Assembly: GCF_006345805.1 (NCBI RefSeq)
Contig: NC_043006.1
Span: forward strand, 71,858,001-71,922,000
DNA: 64,000 nt
Reading direction: 5' to 3'
DNA from: Octopus sinensis
Lineage: Eukaryota
The notes beneath the pieces are model-generated. The model ran no database searches. It was not told the DNA's origin and was given only the letters and a program-made list of their open reading frames with translations. Positions 51,729-63,987 of this stretch are shown in pieces. How positions within the stretch are numbered: position 1 is the stretch's first letter; each line of letters begins with the position of its first letter. Both the position numbers and the translations under genes were made by a program.

Positions 51729-53274
51729 CTGCAAAATTAATAACAGAGATGGTTATCACAAACTAGAATAATAACAAAAATAGCATTAACACATCAAGCG
51801 CAACGGGTCACGATCGTGACTGTGAGGCACAGATTGACAGGCCATGATCGTGGCCCAGATAGATGCGTTTAATTTATGGGTGTTTGTTGGTATCTAATGT
51901 CACTCAAACGCTCTCCGATACCCCACAGAATGCAAGAGGACTAATAGTTCAACTAATGACGTTTCAGATGATATAAAACTTGCCACTATTATATACTAAG
52001 AAGATATTTTAACTATTTTTTGTTTTATATGTCTGCATAGTAGTCTCATTTGCATAAAATGTGCTCAGCAGTCAATGCTATGTAAGTGCAAATCCCAGTG
52101 CTTTATGGGTTAAAAGTGGTTGTTGACCTGTTAGAATAGCAGCTAAATCACCTTCAAATCACACATCCCACATCTAAAAAAAGATCATCGTCTTTTAACA
52201 TCCACTTTTCAATGTTCACATAGATCAGAGTTTAAGGCAAATTTTCTACAGCTGGATGTCCTTCCCTTTGCCAAGCCTTGCCTGTTGTCATGTAATATTT
52301 CCTCATAACCAGATGTCTTCACAAAAGATTGGGCATGAAAGACACTGCCTCCATGACAAAGACATTTGCTTTGCAACTATCATATGATGTCATAGCAAGG
52401 AGACAATAACACACACACAACAAGCTTCTTCCAGTTTGTCTACCAAATCCATTCACAAGGATTTGGTTGGCCCAAGGCTATAGCAGAAAACACTTGACCA
52501 AGATGCCACACATTGGGATTGATCCCAGAATCATGTGGTTGGGAAGCAAACGTCTTACCTCACAGCCATACCTGTAGCTACACATTAAAAAAGAACATTG
52601 CAAGATATTGTAGAGTGAGGAACATGATACTGGAGAAAAAAGATATGGTCAAAACTTGAATGCTTTTAATCATACATCTGCTTTTCGACAATAACAACAA
52701 TGTAGATCATATACTTCTCGTTTCTCTTTGGTTTCTACAAATCTTCATTCAACATTTCTGTTTCATTACTACGCAACACTGCACTTATTAACTGTATTCT
52801 AACGTATATAAAGAACCCTTTTTTGTCAAAAATTAGGTTAAAAAAATATGGAAGTTTCTTATACATGGATAGCATTATAATCCCTTACAAAACCTTTTTT
52901 CCCAATTTTAAGCCTCAAAAATTAGAGGGTTCCTTATACACATTAAAATACAGTGGTTACTTCCACCTACCTCAAATAGTCAGCTCTTTTCTGTCTCCTG
53001 TTTTTCTGGTATGATGGTAGCTTATATATTTATGTGTTGAAGGAAGTCAAGTCATTATCAGTACTTTTTAATGACTACTTTTTTCAGACAGGATTCATTG
53101 AGGCAAACTTTCTATGGCTTGATTTCTTCTTGTTACAAATCCTCACTTGTTTTGAAGCAAGCTAATACTTTACCCTTATCCAAACATGTCTCCAAGGTAG
53201 GCTGCTTGTACGACAGGGACACTTGTTTAGAATTAGCACATGATGTAAAGGCAAGGAAATACACATACACATAT

Positions 53275-53697
53275 TCATCATCGTTTAACATCCGTTATCC
53301 ATGCTGGCATGGGTTGGACTGCTTGACAGAAGCTGGTCAGCTGTCCAGACTCCAATTGTCTGTTGTGGCCTGGTTTCTATGGCTGGATGCCCTTCTTAAT
53401 GCCAGCTACTTTACAGAGTCTACTGGGTGCTTTTTACGTACAGCGGTGCACTTACACAGCACCAGCATGAGTGCATTTTATGTAGCACTGACACCTGTAA
53501 AGGACAAGTCTCTGTATGTATGGATGGCAGTGATTTTACTTAGGTTGATGCATCTTCTGAAGTACAGCAAATTTCCACATCTCCCAGTCCCATGTCATTT
53601 CTTCAGTGAGGTGCAACATCCAAAGATCTTTTCTCACCACTTCATCCCATGTCTTCCTGGGTCTACCCTTTCTACAAGATCCCTCCACAATTAAACA
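53275..53697 (-). mobile_element. 5'-truncated RTE LINE (family 2)
   Basis: VEGSCRKGRPRKTWDEVVRKDL..DWEMWK, followed by the same 3' tail. Confidence 0.85.
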
Positions 53698-53958
53698 CAC
53701 ACACACACACACACACACATTCATTCTTTCATACCCACGCTCAGTAGGCTTCTTTTCCATTTCCGTCAAACAAATTTGCTCACATGGTTTTGGTTGGGCC
53801 AGAACTACAGCAGAAAACACTTGCCACAAGTAAAACACAATAGGACTAAACTTCAAGCATATTTAGTAAGTCCTCATTGTAAAGTTGGTGCTCCAGCATG
53901 GCCTCAGCCAAATGACTGAAACAAAAGAATAAAAATAGAGAAATACCTTCATTTTTAC

Positions 53959-54124
53959 CTTGCTTTTTCTCTGTCCCATTTTCCTGTACAGACACCAAGT
54001 TACCATCAGATTCAGCAGCATTGTCATCCAATATATCGTCATCATTTATTGAGTTGTCATCATGGTTTGATTCTTCAATGAAAGACTCCTCAAAGCATTG
54101 AAGAATAGTTTTTTGACGGGGATT
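53959..54124 (-). CDS. SMARCAL1: SMARCAL1 penultimate exon (NPRQKTILQCFEESFIEE..TEKKQ)
   Basis: ccctttctag| acceptor, |gtaaaa donor, 166 nt. The start resembles 'DPKQQKIYDLFQKSF'; the rest is acidic and low-complexity. Confidence 0.82.
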
Positions 54125-54216
54125 CTAGAAAGGGGGAAAACAATAACAATTATTATAGCATTAATAGTTTCTAAATGTTGATGCAAGATCACAAATTTAG
54201 GTAAGGATGTAAAGGG

Positions 54217-54988
54217 CAGTGGAGTAGCTAGTTTAAACCGTGCTTGGGGCAAGCTGCAAAAATGCCTTCCCCCACCGGTTACAAAATCCATGATATTATA
54301 TAGTACTCATTTGGAATTAATGTTTTAAAGCAATATTTTAGGAATAAATATTTTACCAGGGTTCATTTACCTGCCAGTTCAGTACAGCTGGTAATTCAAA
54401 ATATATTATTTGAATATTTACTTTTACAAAACCTCCTTATTTTAACTGTTAAATGCACCAACTTCCCTGATTGAAACATTAAAAAAATCAATGTGTGAAA
54501 CGAGATGTAATAAAAAAAAAATACAGGCACAGGAGTGGCTGTGTTGTAAGTAGCTTGCTTACCAATCATATGGTTCTGGGTTCAGTCCCACGGTGTGGCA
54601 CCTTGGGCAAGTGTCTTCTACTATAGCCTCGGGCCGACCAAAGCCTTGTGAGTGGATTTGGTAGACAGAAACTGAAAGAAGCCTGTTGTGTGTGTGTGTT
54701 TGTCCTGCTGCCATTGCTTGACAACAGATGTTGGCGTATTTATGTTCCCTGTAACTTAGCAGTTTGGCAAAAGAGACCCATAGCATAAGTACTAGGCTTA
54801 CAAAGAATAAGTCCTGGGACCAATTTGTTCGACTAAAGGTGGTGCTCCAGCATGGTTGCAGTCAAGTGACTGAAACAAGTAAAAGAATTGTTTAAAGTCT
54901 CAACTTTCTTGCTTTTGATGAGGCAACCTCCTTCAATCAGCGCCCAGGGCACATGTCCCCCTTGCCGTCACTCCCAGTTGCGCTACTG
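54217..54988. mobile_element. hAT-type non-autonomous element containing a nested SINE
   Basis: Perfect 8-bp TSD GTAAAGGG (54209-54216 and 54989-54996); CAGTGGAGTAGCT / AGTTGCGCTACTG termini. Confidence 0.8.
54526..54887 (+). mobile_element. Full-length tRNA-derived SINE (family A)
   Basis: GGCACAGGAGTGGCTGTG head, B-box-like GGTTCAGTCCC, ACCTTGGGCAAGT, internal (GT)n, TGAAACAAGTAAAAGA tail. Many partial copies in the window. Confidence 0.85.
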
Positions 54989-55572
54989 GTAAAGGGTAAT
55001 CAGATCAACCCCACTACCCAATCAGTATTTATCCCATTGGCTCATCATGTCCCAGAAGGATGAATAGCAGCTCCAAACATAAAAGAGATACAACTGAATA
55101 ACTCTTGATATTTTGTCAGGTACTCTACCAAGTATGCCATCAACAGCAGGAACAATAATTATAATGGTTCTTTATTGGGGTACAAGGCCATCGACGGTAA
55201 GGTATAAGTTGATTCCATTAACCCCACTAATTGACCAGTAGTTTATTTTAGTGACCCCACTGAGATGAGGGTCAAAGTTGACCTCAGCAGGATTTGAAAT
55301 CAAAAAGACAAACAGCCAGAACAAATATTGTAAAGCATTTTGTCTGATGTTCTAACGATTCTGCCAACCCATCAACCAAGTAATGATAATAATAATAATT
55401 CTTTCTACAACAGTCACAAGGCCAGAAATTTTGGCAGAGGAGACTAGTTGATTACATCAACCCCAGTGCTCAACAGGTACTTATTTCATCAACCCCGATG
55501 GGATGAAAGGCAGAGTTGACCTCGGTAGAATTAGACCACAGAATGTAATGAGTCAGAAGAAATTCCACTAAG

Positions 55573-56225
55573 TACAAGGGTGAGTCAAAAATTATCAACA
55601 CTTTCTTCATATCTTTATTATTGCCACACTGCCTTCTGCGTATGTCTGCTTATAGTTGGTACTATTGTGGTCATGTGATCAAAGTTTGAGTCTGATCAAG
55701 CGATTTTTCTTTCTGGCTTTACAGTGTAAGCATGGCTGCACCACGAGAATTTGCACCAAAGAAGAACAAAGAGCAGTGATCCCTGAGATGGTAATGGTGA
55801 TCCAATTCCCCATTACCAACTCTTGAACTTGCTGAATCTTCTCATCAGTGGTGAAGGTTGACGGGTATCCTAAACACTCTTTGTGCACTACACTTGTCCA
55901 GCTACTATTAAACTTGATTCACTCGAACACATTTTTACACAGTAGTGCACTGTCCTCCTATTGTGCTGAAAGCCTCCAATGAATTTCAGTACCTGACAAA
56001 CCTTTCAACCAGAGAAATCGAATCACTACTCCTTGTTCTTCTTTTGTACTTATTGCTAGTAGAGTGCCCATGTAAAGCCAGAAAGAAAAATGGTGCGATC
56101 AAGCTCAAACTTTGACCACATGACCACAATAGTACCAATTAAAAGTACATATGCGCAGAAGGTAGTGTGACAATAATAAAGATATGTTACATTGAAAGTG
56201 CAGATAATTTTTGACTTCCCTTGTA
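55573..56225. mobile_element. Foldback mariner derivative made of two head-to-head 5' ends, in a SMARCAL1 intron
   Basis: TA-flanked. Arms 55573-55780 and 56022-56225 are inverted copies. The minus arm continues into a mariner N-terminal HTH relic (EEQGVVIRFLWLKG..EIH..PST.TTDEKI). Confidence 0.85.
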
Positions 56226-56640
56226 GTTTGTCTGATGTGCTAACGATTCTGTCAGCCCACCACCTTTCACAATCCAAATAATAATAACAATGATTTCTGA
56301 TATCTAATACTTATGGATCAAGGCAGCTGCTATTCCCGGATCAAATCAGTTACTAATTATACACCCAACATTTGTTACTTATGGACAAAAGTACTTGCTA
56401 TTAATCGATCAAGACAGCTTAATAATCTGGAAATCCATAACTTCTTAATAGTTCAGTCAGTTACTAATGTATCATTCGATCATCACTGACAATATCTATC
56501 TGCCCATATATTATTAAGAGCTGGAAGTCCATACAAACTTTTAATCATATTGCCAACCAAGTTTATACTTCTTTAATATAATAAGGAGAGAAATGAAAAA
56601 TACAGGGAATTGTATTGAAGTGTTGAAAGTGAATACTTAC

Positions 56641-56728
56641 TTGGAATAGAACAGTGTCTGTTTCTGAAAAGTCATCTTTAGAAAGACCAGCTTTACCCAA
56701 AATATTCAGCTTATTTTGTATAAGAGGC
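56641..56728 (-). CDS. SMARCAL1: SMARCAL1 exon (PLIQNKLNILGKAGLSKDDFSETDTVLFQ)
   Basis: ccctttattag| acceptor, |gtaagt donor, 88 nt. Matches SMARCAL1 '[23 protein letters not shown]'. Confidence 0.93.
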
Positions 56729-57530
56729 CTAATAAAGGGGAGAGGGTAAGAGAGGTTTAACAGCGAAATTATCATCAATATCATACATACGTGTGTGTGT
56801 GTGTGTGCGTGTGCATGTATGTATGTATAAATAAATATAAAAATGGAACAAAAACGCAATAGAGGACATTAAAACATTCGAACAGATAGATGATACAAAG
56901 GTGGATAAGAGAAACAACAATTAGGACAGGCAAAAAAAGACGGGTCATTCATGGCTTTCTTTCCTCAGTCAAGTTCCAGAAGTCACGACCATTTCGGCCA
57001 GTTACACTTGAGATGGTTCGATCTGGTTGCCCCCGAAAACGTCTAAGCTAAGAGCATTAGATTCCTTTGTAAGAAAGCTACCGAATTTGTACAGCAACAA
57101 AGACAAAAGAATGGAGAACATATATATAATAGGCATGGTTTGCTCCTGGCACAAAATGTTATTAAGGAGAGAGAATTTTCCTCTCAGACATATTTATATC
57201 TACAAGCAGGGTGGTGCTGAAAAGTTCCTGGCTTTGAGTAATAGAAAATACAAGAAGATCAGTTAATTATGACTTTATTCAACATATTTCCCTCTCAGAT
57301 TCACATCTTTATTGCAGTGGTCCTTCAGTTTTTCTAAACTCTGTAAAAGAACTTGGACAATTAGGCCTCCAATCAGGCCTTTCACAATACCCTCAAAGCC
57401 AGAAACTTTTCAGTATCCCCGTGTAAGAACTTACACGTTATTTTAATTCTCTTTTTTTTAAATACAAAATAAAATGAAGCTCTTTAATTTCACACACACA
57501 TATGTAAAGATGTGAATGCATAAATATTAC

Positions 57531-57631
57531 CATATAAAATCATCAGCAGTTCCTGTAGCAACAAGATAATGAATGTTTACTGAATCCATTTGTCCAATTC
57601 TATGTACTCGATCTTCAGCCTGGACTAGAAT
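57531..57631 (-). CDS. SMARCAL1: SMARCAL1 exon ([34 protein letters not shown])
   Basis: cttggcag| acceptor, |gtaata donor, 101 nt. [11 protein letters not shown] is motif VI; GTADDxxW is SMARCAL1-type. Confidence 0.96.
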
Positions 57632-58396
57632 CTGCCAAGAAGAATATATAAATTAACACACAAATACAAATATAACACACACACACATATAGTTTTCATG
57701 AAGCATTGCCTGATATATACATATATATAAATGCTATTAATTATTTTTTAAAGCTAAAAAAACGCAAGTGATAAAAAAATTAATAATACAGGTCAATAGT
57801 TATTACTTTTACCAGGTATTTCAATATTTCAGGGTCAGGAGTCCTTCTTCAGGAAATTTCATAGAAAAGACGTAATAACTTGTCCTGAACTTTTCCAAGT
57901 GTAATAACCTGTCCTGTACTTTTCCAGTTTATAATCTTAAGAATATTATTTCTCTTGCTTGCATTTTTCCATGTAACGACATGGAACTTACATGACAAGA
58001 CCTCTCAACTGAGTGGGAGAGTAATATTGAGGGAGGTGGATTAATAGCAAGTGATGAGAGGTTAAAGTATGATAGAAGGACAGGAACCAGTGCCTTGCTG
58101 TAGAGGAGATACATGGCTAACCCAATTAGGAAAGAAAGAGGATAGCAGTGAAGATGTATCACAGCATACACTCAAGTTACAGAAAGATGAACATAAGAGA
58201 AGTAGTATGGTGGGGTAAGTAGGTTTGCTGGAGTGTGAGAGGTGAATGGCAGATAGAGATGGGGATAGAGGGAAATGCAGTGAGTGATAAACATGGATTA
58301 GTACATAAATACCTTCACTGCAAAACCTTGAAAAATCAATTACATAAAGAGCGGAAAGGAAAGAAAATATAATCAACAAATAATTTTTGTACTCAC

Positions 58397-58582
58397 TCCT
58401 GGGTTCCAGAACAGTTCAGCAAAGATAACCAAGGATGCTGCAGTTAAATTTAACCCAGCATTTGCAGCACAGATGGACAGTATTGCTAACTGAATATCTT
58501 CATATTTTTGAAATTGGTCACAATAAAACTTGCGCTGTTGACTAGTTGTTTTCCCATCAATGCGAATGTATTCAACTTTGCA
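58397..58582 (-). CDS. SMARCAL1: SMARCAL1 exon (CKVEYIRIDG..LSICAANAGLNLTAASLVIFAELFWNPG)
   Basis: ctttctag| acceptor, |gtgagt donor, 186 nt = 62 codons. YIRIDG, AANxGL and AELFWNPG helicase C-terminal motifs. Confidence 0.96.
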
Positions 58583-58677
58583 CTAGAAAGAATTATAATA
58601 AAGACAGAGTGTAATGTTAGCAGAGAGATTTTGTCAAAGATAAGAGTTCATAATTTACTTAAATTGCAAGATCCTCT

Positions 58678-59085
58678 TATGAGGGGATGCTGAAAAGTTC
58701 CTGGCTTTGGGTAAAAGAAAATACAAGCAGATCATCGTGCTGGTGGCATGTAAAAAGCACCCACTACACTCACGGAGTGGTTGGCATTAGGAAGGGCATC
58801 CAGCCGTAGAAATACTGCCAGATCAGACTGGAGCCTGGTGCAGCCTTCTGGCTTCCCAGATCCCCGGTCGAACCGTCCAACCCATGCTAGCATGGAGAAC
58901 GGACGTTAAACGATGATGATCAGTTAATTATTATTTTATTCAGCATATTCTCCTCTCAGACTCACACACTTTTGCCGTGATGCTTCAGTTTTTCTAAGCC
59001 CTGTAAAAGAACTCAGAAGGTTGGGCCTCCAACCAGGTTTTTCGTGATCCCCTCAAAGCCAGATACTTTCCAGTACCCCCTTGTA
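58678..59085. mobile_element. Mariner-like MITE interrupted by an RTE 3' tail (about 58736-58920)
   Basis: The MITE sequence GATC|AGTTAATT is split; the inserted tail ends GATGATGAT, merging with the target. Confidence 0.8.
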
Positions 59086-59159
59086 CATCCTTTAAACACA
59101 TATTTACTATCCCCCCCAATCCCAATCTCTCATTTATATAATTCTTTACCATTCCACTT

Positions 59160-59763
59160 TTCATCATCAGTATCATCATTTAACGGATGCTGTCCATGCT
59201 AGCATGGGCTGGATGGTTTGATTGGGCTGGCATGCTGGAAGGCTGCGCCAAGATCCAGTCTGATTTGCCAACCACTCCAAGAGTGTGATGGGTGCTTTTA
59301 TGTGCCACTTGTATGGGTGCCATTTGCGTGACACCAGTATCTGCCATGACTGCGATTTTTCTCAGCTTGATGGGTCTTCTTCTCAAGCACAACCGAATGC
59401 CAAAGGTCTTAGTCATTGCTTCCACAAGGCCCAACACTCGAAAGGAGCTTGGCTACTTTGCCTCCATGAGCCCCAACACTTGAAAGGAACTCAGCCACTT
59501 GGCATCCATGAGGCACAACGATCAAAGTTTGATTTTCTTTATGTACCACTAGCATCAGTGCACTTGGCTTGGTGGGTCCTCTTAAGCAGAGCACATCGCC
59601 AAAAGTCTTGGTCACTAGTCAGTGCCTCTGTGAGGTTCAAAGTTTGAAATTCATGCTTCCCTACCTCGTCCCATGTCTTGCTGGGTCTACCTCTATCACA
59701 GGTTCCTTCAACAGTTAGGGAGTGGCACTTCTTTACACAACTGTCCTTGTCCATACACATCAC
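59160..59763 (-). mobile_element. 5'-truncated RTE LINE (family 2): ORF end, 3'UTR and (GAT)n tail
   Basis: MDKDSCVKKC..VEGTCDRGRPSKTWDEV..DQDFWR, followed by the common CCATGCTAGCATGG..GTTAAATGATGAT tail. Confidence 0.85.
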
Positions 59764-61008
59764 ATGGAGGAGGCGTGTGAATGTACAATTCTACATGTGA
59801 ATGTATAATTTACCAGCATCCAAGCAGTGCACTAGGACTGAACCAGAAACCATGTGGTTGCCTACGTCTACCACACAGCCATGCTTGAACCTATCACTAC
59901 TGTAGCTACTGCTGCCTCTTCCTCTTTGAATGTAATATATCAAAACAAAGACAATTCACTTGTGTCAGGATGCACTACTGTAAAGTGGTTGGTGAAAGGA
60001 ACAGCAATCATCTGCGGAAATAAACCTAAATTGAAATCATCATCATCATCACCACCACCACCACCACAATCATCATTTAACGTCTGCTTTCCATGCCGGC
60101 ATGGGTTGAACGGTTTGATTGAGGACTGGCAAGCTAGGAGGCTGCATCAGGCTTCAATCTGTTCTGCATGGTTTCTAACACCAACTACTCCGAGAGTGTA
60201 GTGGTTGCTTTTTACGTGCCATCAGCACAGGAGCCATTCAGGCGTCACTGGCAACAACTACGTTTGAATGGTGCTTTTTACATGTCACCAGCATGGGAGC
60301 CAGTCAGGCAGCACTGGCATCAACCATCCTCGAATAGTGCTTTTTACGTGCCACTGGCACGGGTGAGTAAAATATGGTCCTCCAACCTGAAGGTTGGAAA
60401 AGCAGTAATTCAATATAAGACCTAAGACCATAAGAACTCACCTAATCCATGCCAGCATGGAAAGCAGATGTAAAAATGTTTAAGATGGTCATTATGTGGA
60501 AGATAAGTCACTAAATCATTGATCATCATTTTAATGTCCACCTTTTCCATGCTTTCATGGATCGGATGCAATTTGTTGAGGTGGATTTTTTTATGGCCAG
60601 ATGCCCTTCCTGTCATCAACTCTCACCTTTATTCCAAAAAGGGTAACATTTCCAGACAGGTTTTCATGAAAGACTGCAAACAAATGACACCACTAGCATG
60701 ATGGGGACACTTGTACAAACTCTCATAGTAAGTCAAAGCAAGGTGATAGTAACACGTACATACATACACAATGAGCTTCCTTTAGTTTCCATCTACTAAA
60801 ACCACTCACAAGGCTTTGGTCAGTCCAGGACTTTAGAAGACACTTATTCACTGTGCCACTTGTTGGGACTGAACCTGAAACCATGTTGTTAGGATGCAAG
60901 CTTCTTTACCACACAGCCACATCTGTGGCTATATTGATTATTTTCATAAATCAAAACAAGCTGTGTAATAAGAGCAGAATGGATAGGTGAGTGGTTTAAC
61001 AGACTAAC

Positions 61009-61108
61009 CTTATTTTTGATATGATTTTCAATGGCATCCATCATCACACAATGGTGTGCAAATACCAGGAACTTTTGACCAGCTTCCACTCGGTCTGTGA
61101 TGTAGTCG
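61009..61108 (-). CDS. SMARCAL1: SMARCAL1 exon (DYITDRVEAGQKFLVFAHHCVMMDAIENHIKNK)
   Basis: ccaacag| acceptor, |gttagt donor, 100 nt. KFLVFAHH is helicase motif IV of the SMARCAL1/ZRANB3 group. Confidence 0.95.
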
Positions 61109-61679
61109 CTGTTGGATAAAACATAGAATTGGTAGAGATACATGTTTAAAAAAGTGAGATGCAGGAAACATGTAGTAGTGGCAGCTGGACATAGAATGGA
61201 CATGGGTTTGTGTGTTGGCATCTTGTAAGAAAAATATACATCTTACATACTAACAAATAGATTAGTGGTATGAAAGTTGGACAGAGAAGACAAAAGAGAG
61301 GGAGGGAGGGAGGGAGGGAGAGAAGGATAAAGGAAGAAAGGAGAAAAGAAGGAAGTAAAGGAGAGAAGCTAGTGTAAGAGTGTGAAATAGAAAGCGAATT
61401 ATTATATTTTCTGGCAAATAAGTTTACATTTTCAGACCAAAATTTACAGCAAAAATGGTAGGTTGACTCATACAACAAAATGACCTTGGCGGACCATGAT
61501 TTGGAAAGACAGTGACAATGTTTGAATATTTACACTATAAATTATGTTGATTTCTATGCCAGAAAATACAGTAAGAATACGTGATGGTAGCAGATGTTAA
61601 CTGATGTGAGAGTTTGCTGTAGTGGTGTGAATACATGGAGGGTTAGCTAGAGATAGAGATAAAATATTGACAGACTTAC

Positions 61680-61744
61680 CAAACAGCGGAACACTTGGCT
61701 GATGCTGTTTCTTGAAAATATTGAAACAAGAGATTTCGCCTTTC
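61680..61744 (-). CDS. SMARCAL1: SMARCAL1 exon (ERRNLLFQYFQETASAKCSAV)
   Basis: gtttacag| acceptor, |gtaagt donor, 65 nt. Phases 0/2 fit both neighbours; aligns to 'FFNRTAEAKIPSV'. Confidence 0.9.
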
Positions 61745-62803
61745 CTGTAAACACAAAAGAAAACAAACAGTTTGCATATATGTACAAAAGGCAAGTGACT
61801 TAGGCTGACCTAGAAGTAAATGGCTGCTAATGATTAAACATATAATTGCAAAAATATACTTTTATTTCTTTACTTGTTTCAGTTATAGGACCATGGCCAT
61901 GGTGGAGCATCATCTTTGAAGCTTTTGATAAAAAATTATTCATCAAATGTTCAAAAGGTAGGTAGGTGTGTGTGTGTGTGTCTCTCTCTCTCTCTGGCTT
62001 TCATATTTTACTTGTTTCAGCCATTAGATGGAAGTCATTCTGGGGAGCCACCTTGAAGAATTTGAGTCAAACAAATTGACCCCAGTGCTTAATTTTTTTG
62101 TAAATATGGCATTTATTCTAATCAGTTGCTTTTGCCAAGGTGCCAAGTTATGGAATCACAAACACAACACTGGTTGTCAAGTGATGGTGATGGTAGGACA
62201 AACAAAGACACACACACACATACATACATATATATGATGAGCTTCTTTCAGCTTCCATCTGCCAACTCTACTCACAAAGCTGCAGAGGAGGAATAAGAAA
62301 TAAAATGTTTTTGGTAGTGTAGAAAATAGTATATTGGAAATAATAATGTTAGTCTGAATGAACGTAATTTCTTCTGACTAACCTTATGCATATATGTAAG
62401 TATTCATACTCACACAAAAGGCTTCTGCACAGTTCCTCTCTACCAAATTCTACACACAAGATATTAGGTAAACTGACACCATAGAAAAAAATATTTGTCC
62501 AAAAAGCTTTGCAGTAGGACCATACTCTAAACTACATGATGGTGAAGCAAACTGTTTTTGGCCATAGATGGCGCTGCTACCACCAACGACGATGCCATCA
62601 TCGGCATTTAACATCCGTTTTCCATGCTGAGATGGGTTGGACAGTTTGAACAGAAGTGGCAAACAGGAGTATTGAAAGAAGTACTGAGATATTTCATAAA
62701 GCAGTATTGCAATGCATAGTTGAGAGGTAACGAGATCTAACATAAAACAGTAGTAAGATGTATCATAGAGAAGCAGTGATTTATATCATAACAAGTTACT
62801 TAC

Positions 62804-62936
62804 AGCTGATGTTGATTTCTCTACCAAGGCAGAAACTTTTTTCATGGAGGCATCAGTCTTAATGGCATTGGGATTCAACAAGACAGCTTGTCTCCTTTTG
62901 GATGGCAACTGGCTGAGAACATCTTTCTTCATCCGT
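62804..62936 (-). CDS. SMARCAL1: SMARCAL1 exon (RMKKDVLSQLPSKRRQAVLLNPNAIKTDASMKKVSALVEKSTSA)
   Basis: tttacag| acceptor, |gtaagt donor, 133 nt. SNF2-family RRxKxDVLxQLPxK motif. Confidence 0.93.
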
Positions 62937-63987
62937 CTGTAAATAACAATAATTAGAAACAATTATTATTATTATTATCATCATCGTTATTATATGAAAA
63001 CAAACAGCTTATTTTGCTGGGTATGATGGAAAGTGTCAGCTGTCCACAGCCAGCAGACTAAGAGGACACTTGTTTACTGGTCAGGCTTCAAGAACCCTAT
63101 GAAGAATTCTGTGCGACAGGTGCTTAAGAAGTTATCCCCCAAGACTAAAGCATTGTCATCACTGCAGTATTTAAATAATACCTCCAACCCACCCCCACCA
63201 CCCCCATACTAAACCATTTAAGATTTTTCATCGTCTCTCCTCAGACTTGCAACTCTATGTTACATTTTGCCTACAGATAATAATTGGATGGAGAAGAAGG
63301 TAGAATAAGAGGAAAGAGAGAAAGAAAAACAAGAAGGAAAAACAAGGAAGTGGAGGGGAGGGTGCAAGAGAAGATGGGCATAACGAAAAGATAAGCCATG
63401 AAGTAGCTAGCTTGATCTGTAATAAGCAACTGTATGGTAGCACACCTGTTTCTGTCTTCACTCCCGATCTTTCTCTCTCCAACCAGGTAACCTTGTACTT
63501 CCTCTTCAGCAAGACACCTATATCTGTCACATTATAACCTTTGCATCATCACTTCTTCCAATGCCTCTTTCCCTCTTAAAAGCTTTTGTCTTGCAAGTAC
63601 TTGGTGACCCTGTCAGTGCAGGTGCCACTTAAAAAGCATTCGGTCCACACTGTAAAGTGGTTGGTGTTAGGAAGGGCATCCAGAAGTAAAAACCTTGCCA
63701 AAACTGACCTTGCCTGTGCTTGTGCCATGTAAAAAGCAATAAGTTCACTCTGCTGAGTGGTTGGTTAGGAAGGACATCCAGCTGTAAAAATCTTGCCAAA
63801 ACAGTCACAGAAGTCTGGTGCTGGCTTTGGCCTGGCCAGCTCTTGTGATACCATCCCACCCATGCCAGCATGGAACGCAGATGTTAAATGATGATGATGA
63901 TGATGAAACAACAACTACGAAAGTGAAACATTATCTACAACAACAACAACAACAGCAACAGTAGATATTTAACAGTTGGGTACTTAC

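Noticed and set aside
54526-54600. tRNA genes at SINE heads
   Set aside because: A/B-box-like motifs are present, but they run into SINE bodies and no cloverleaf is evident.
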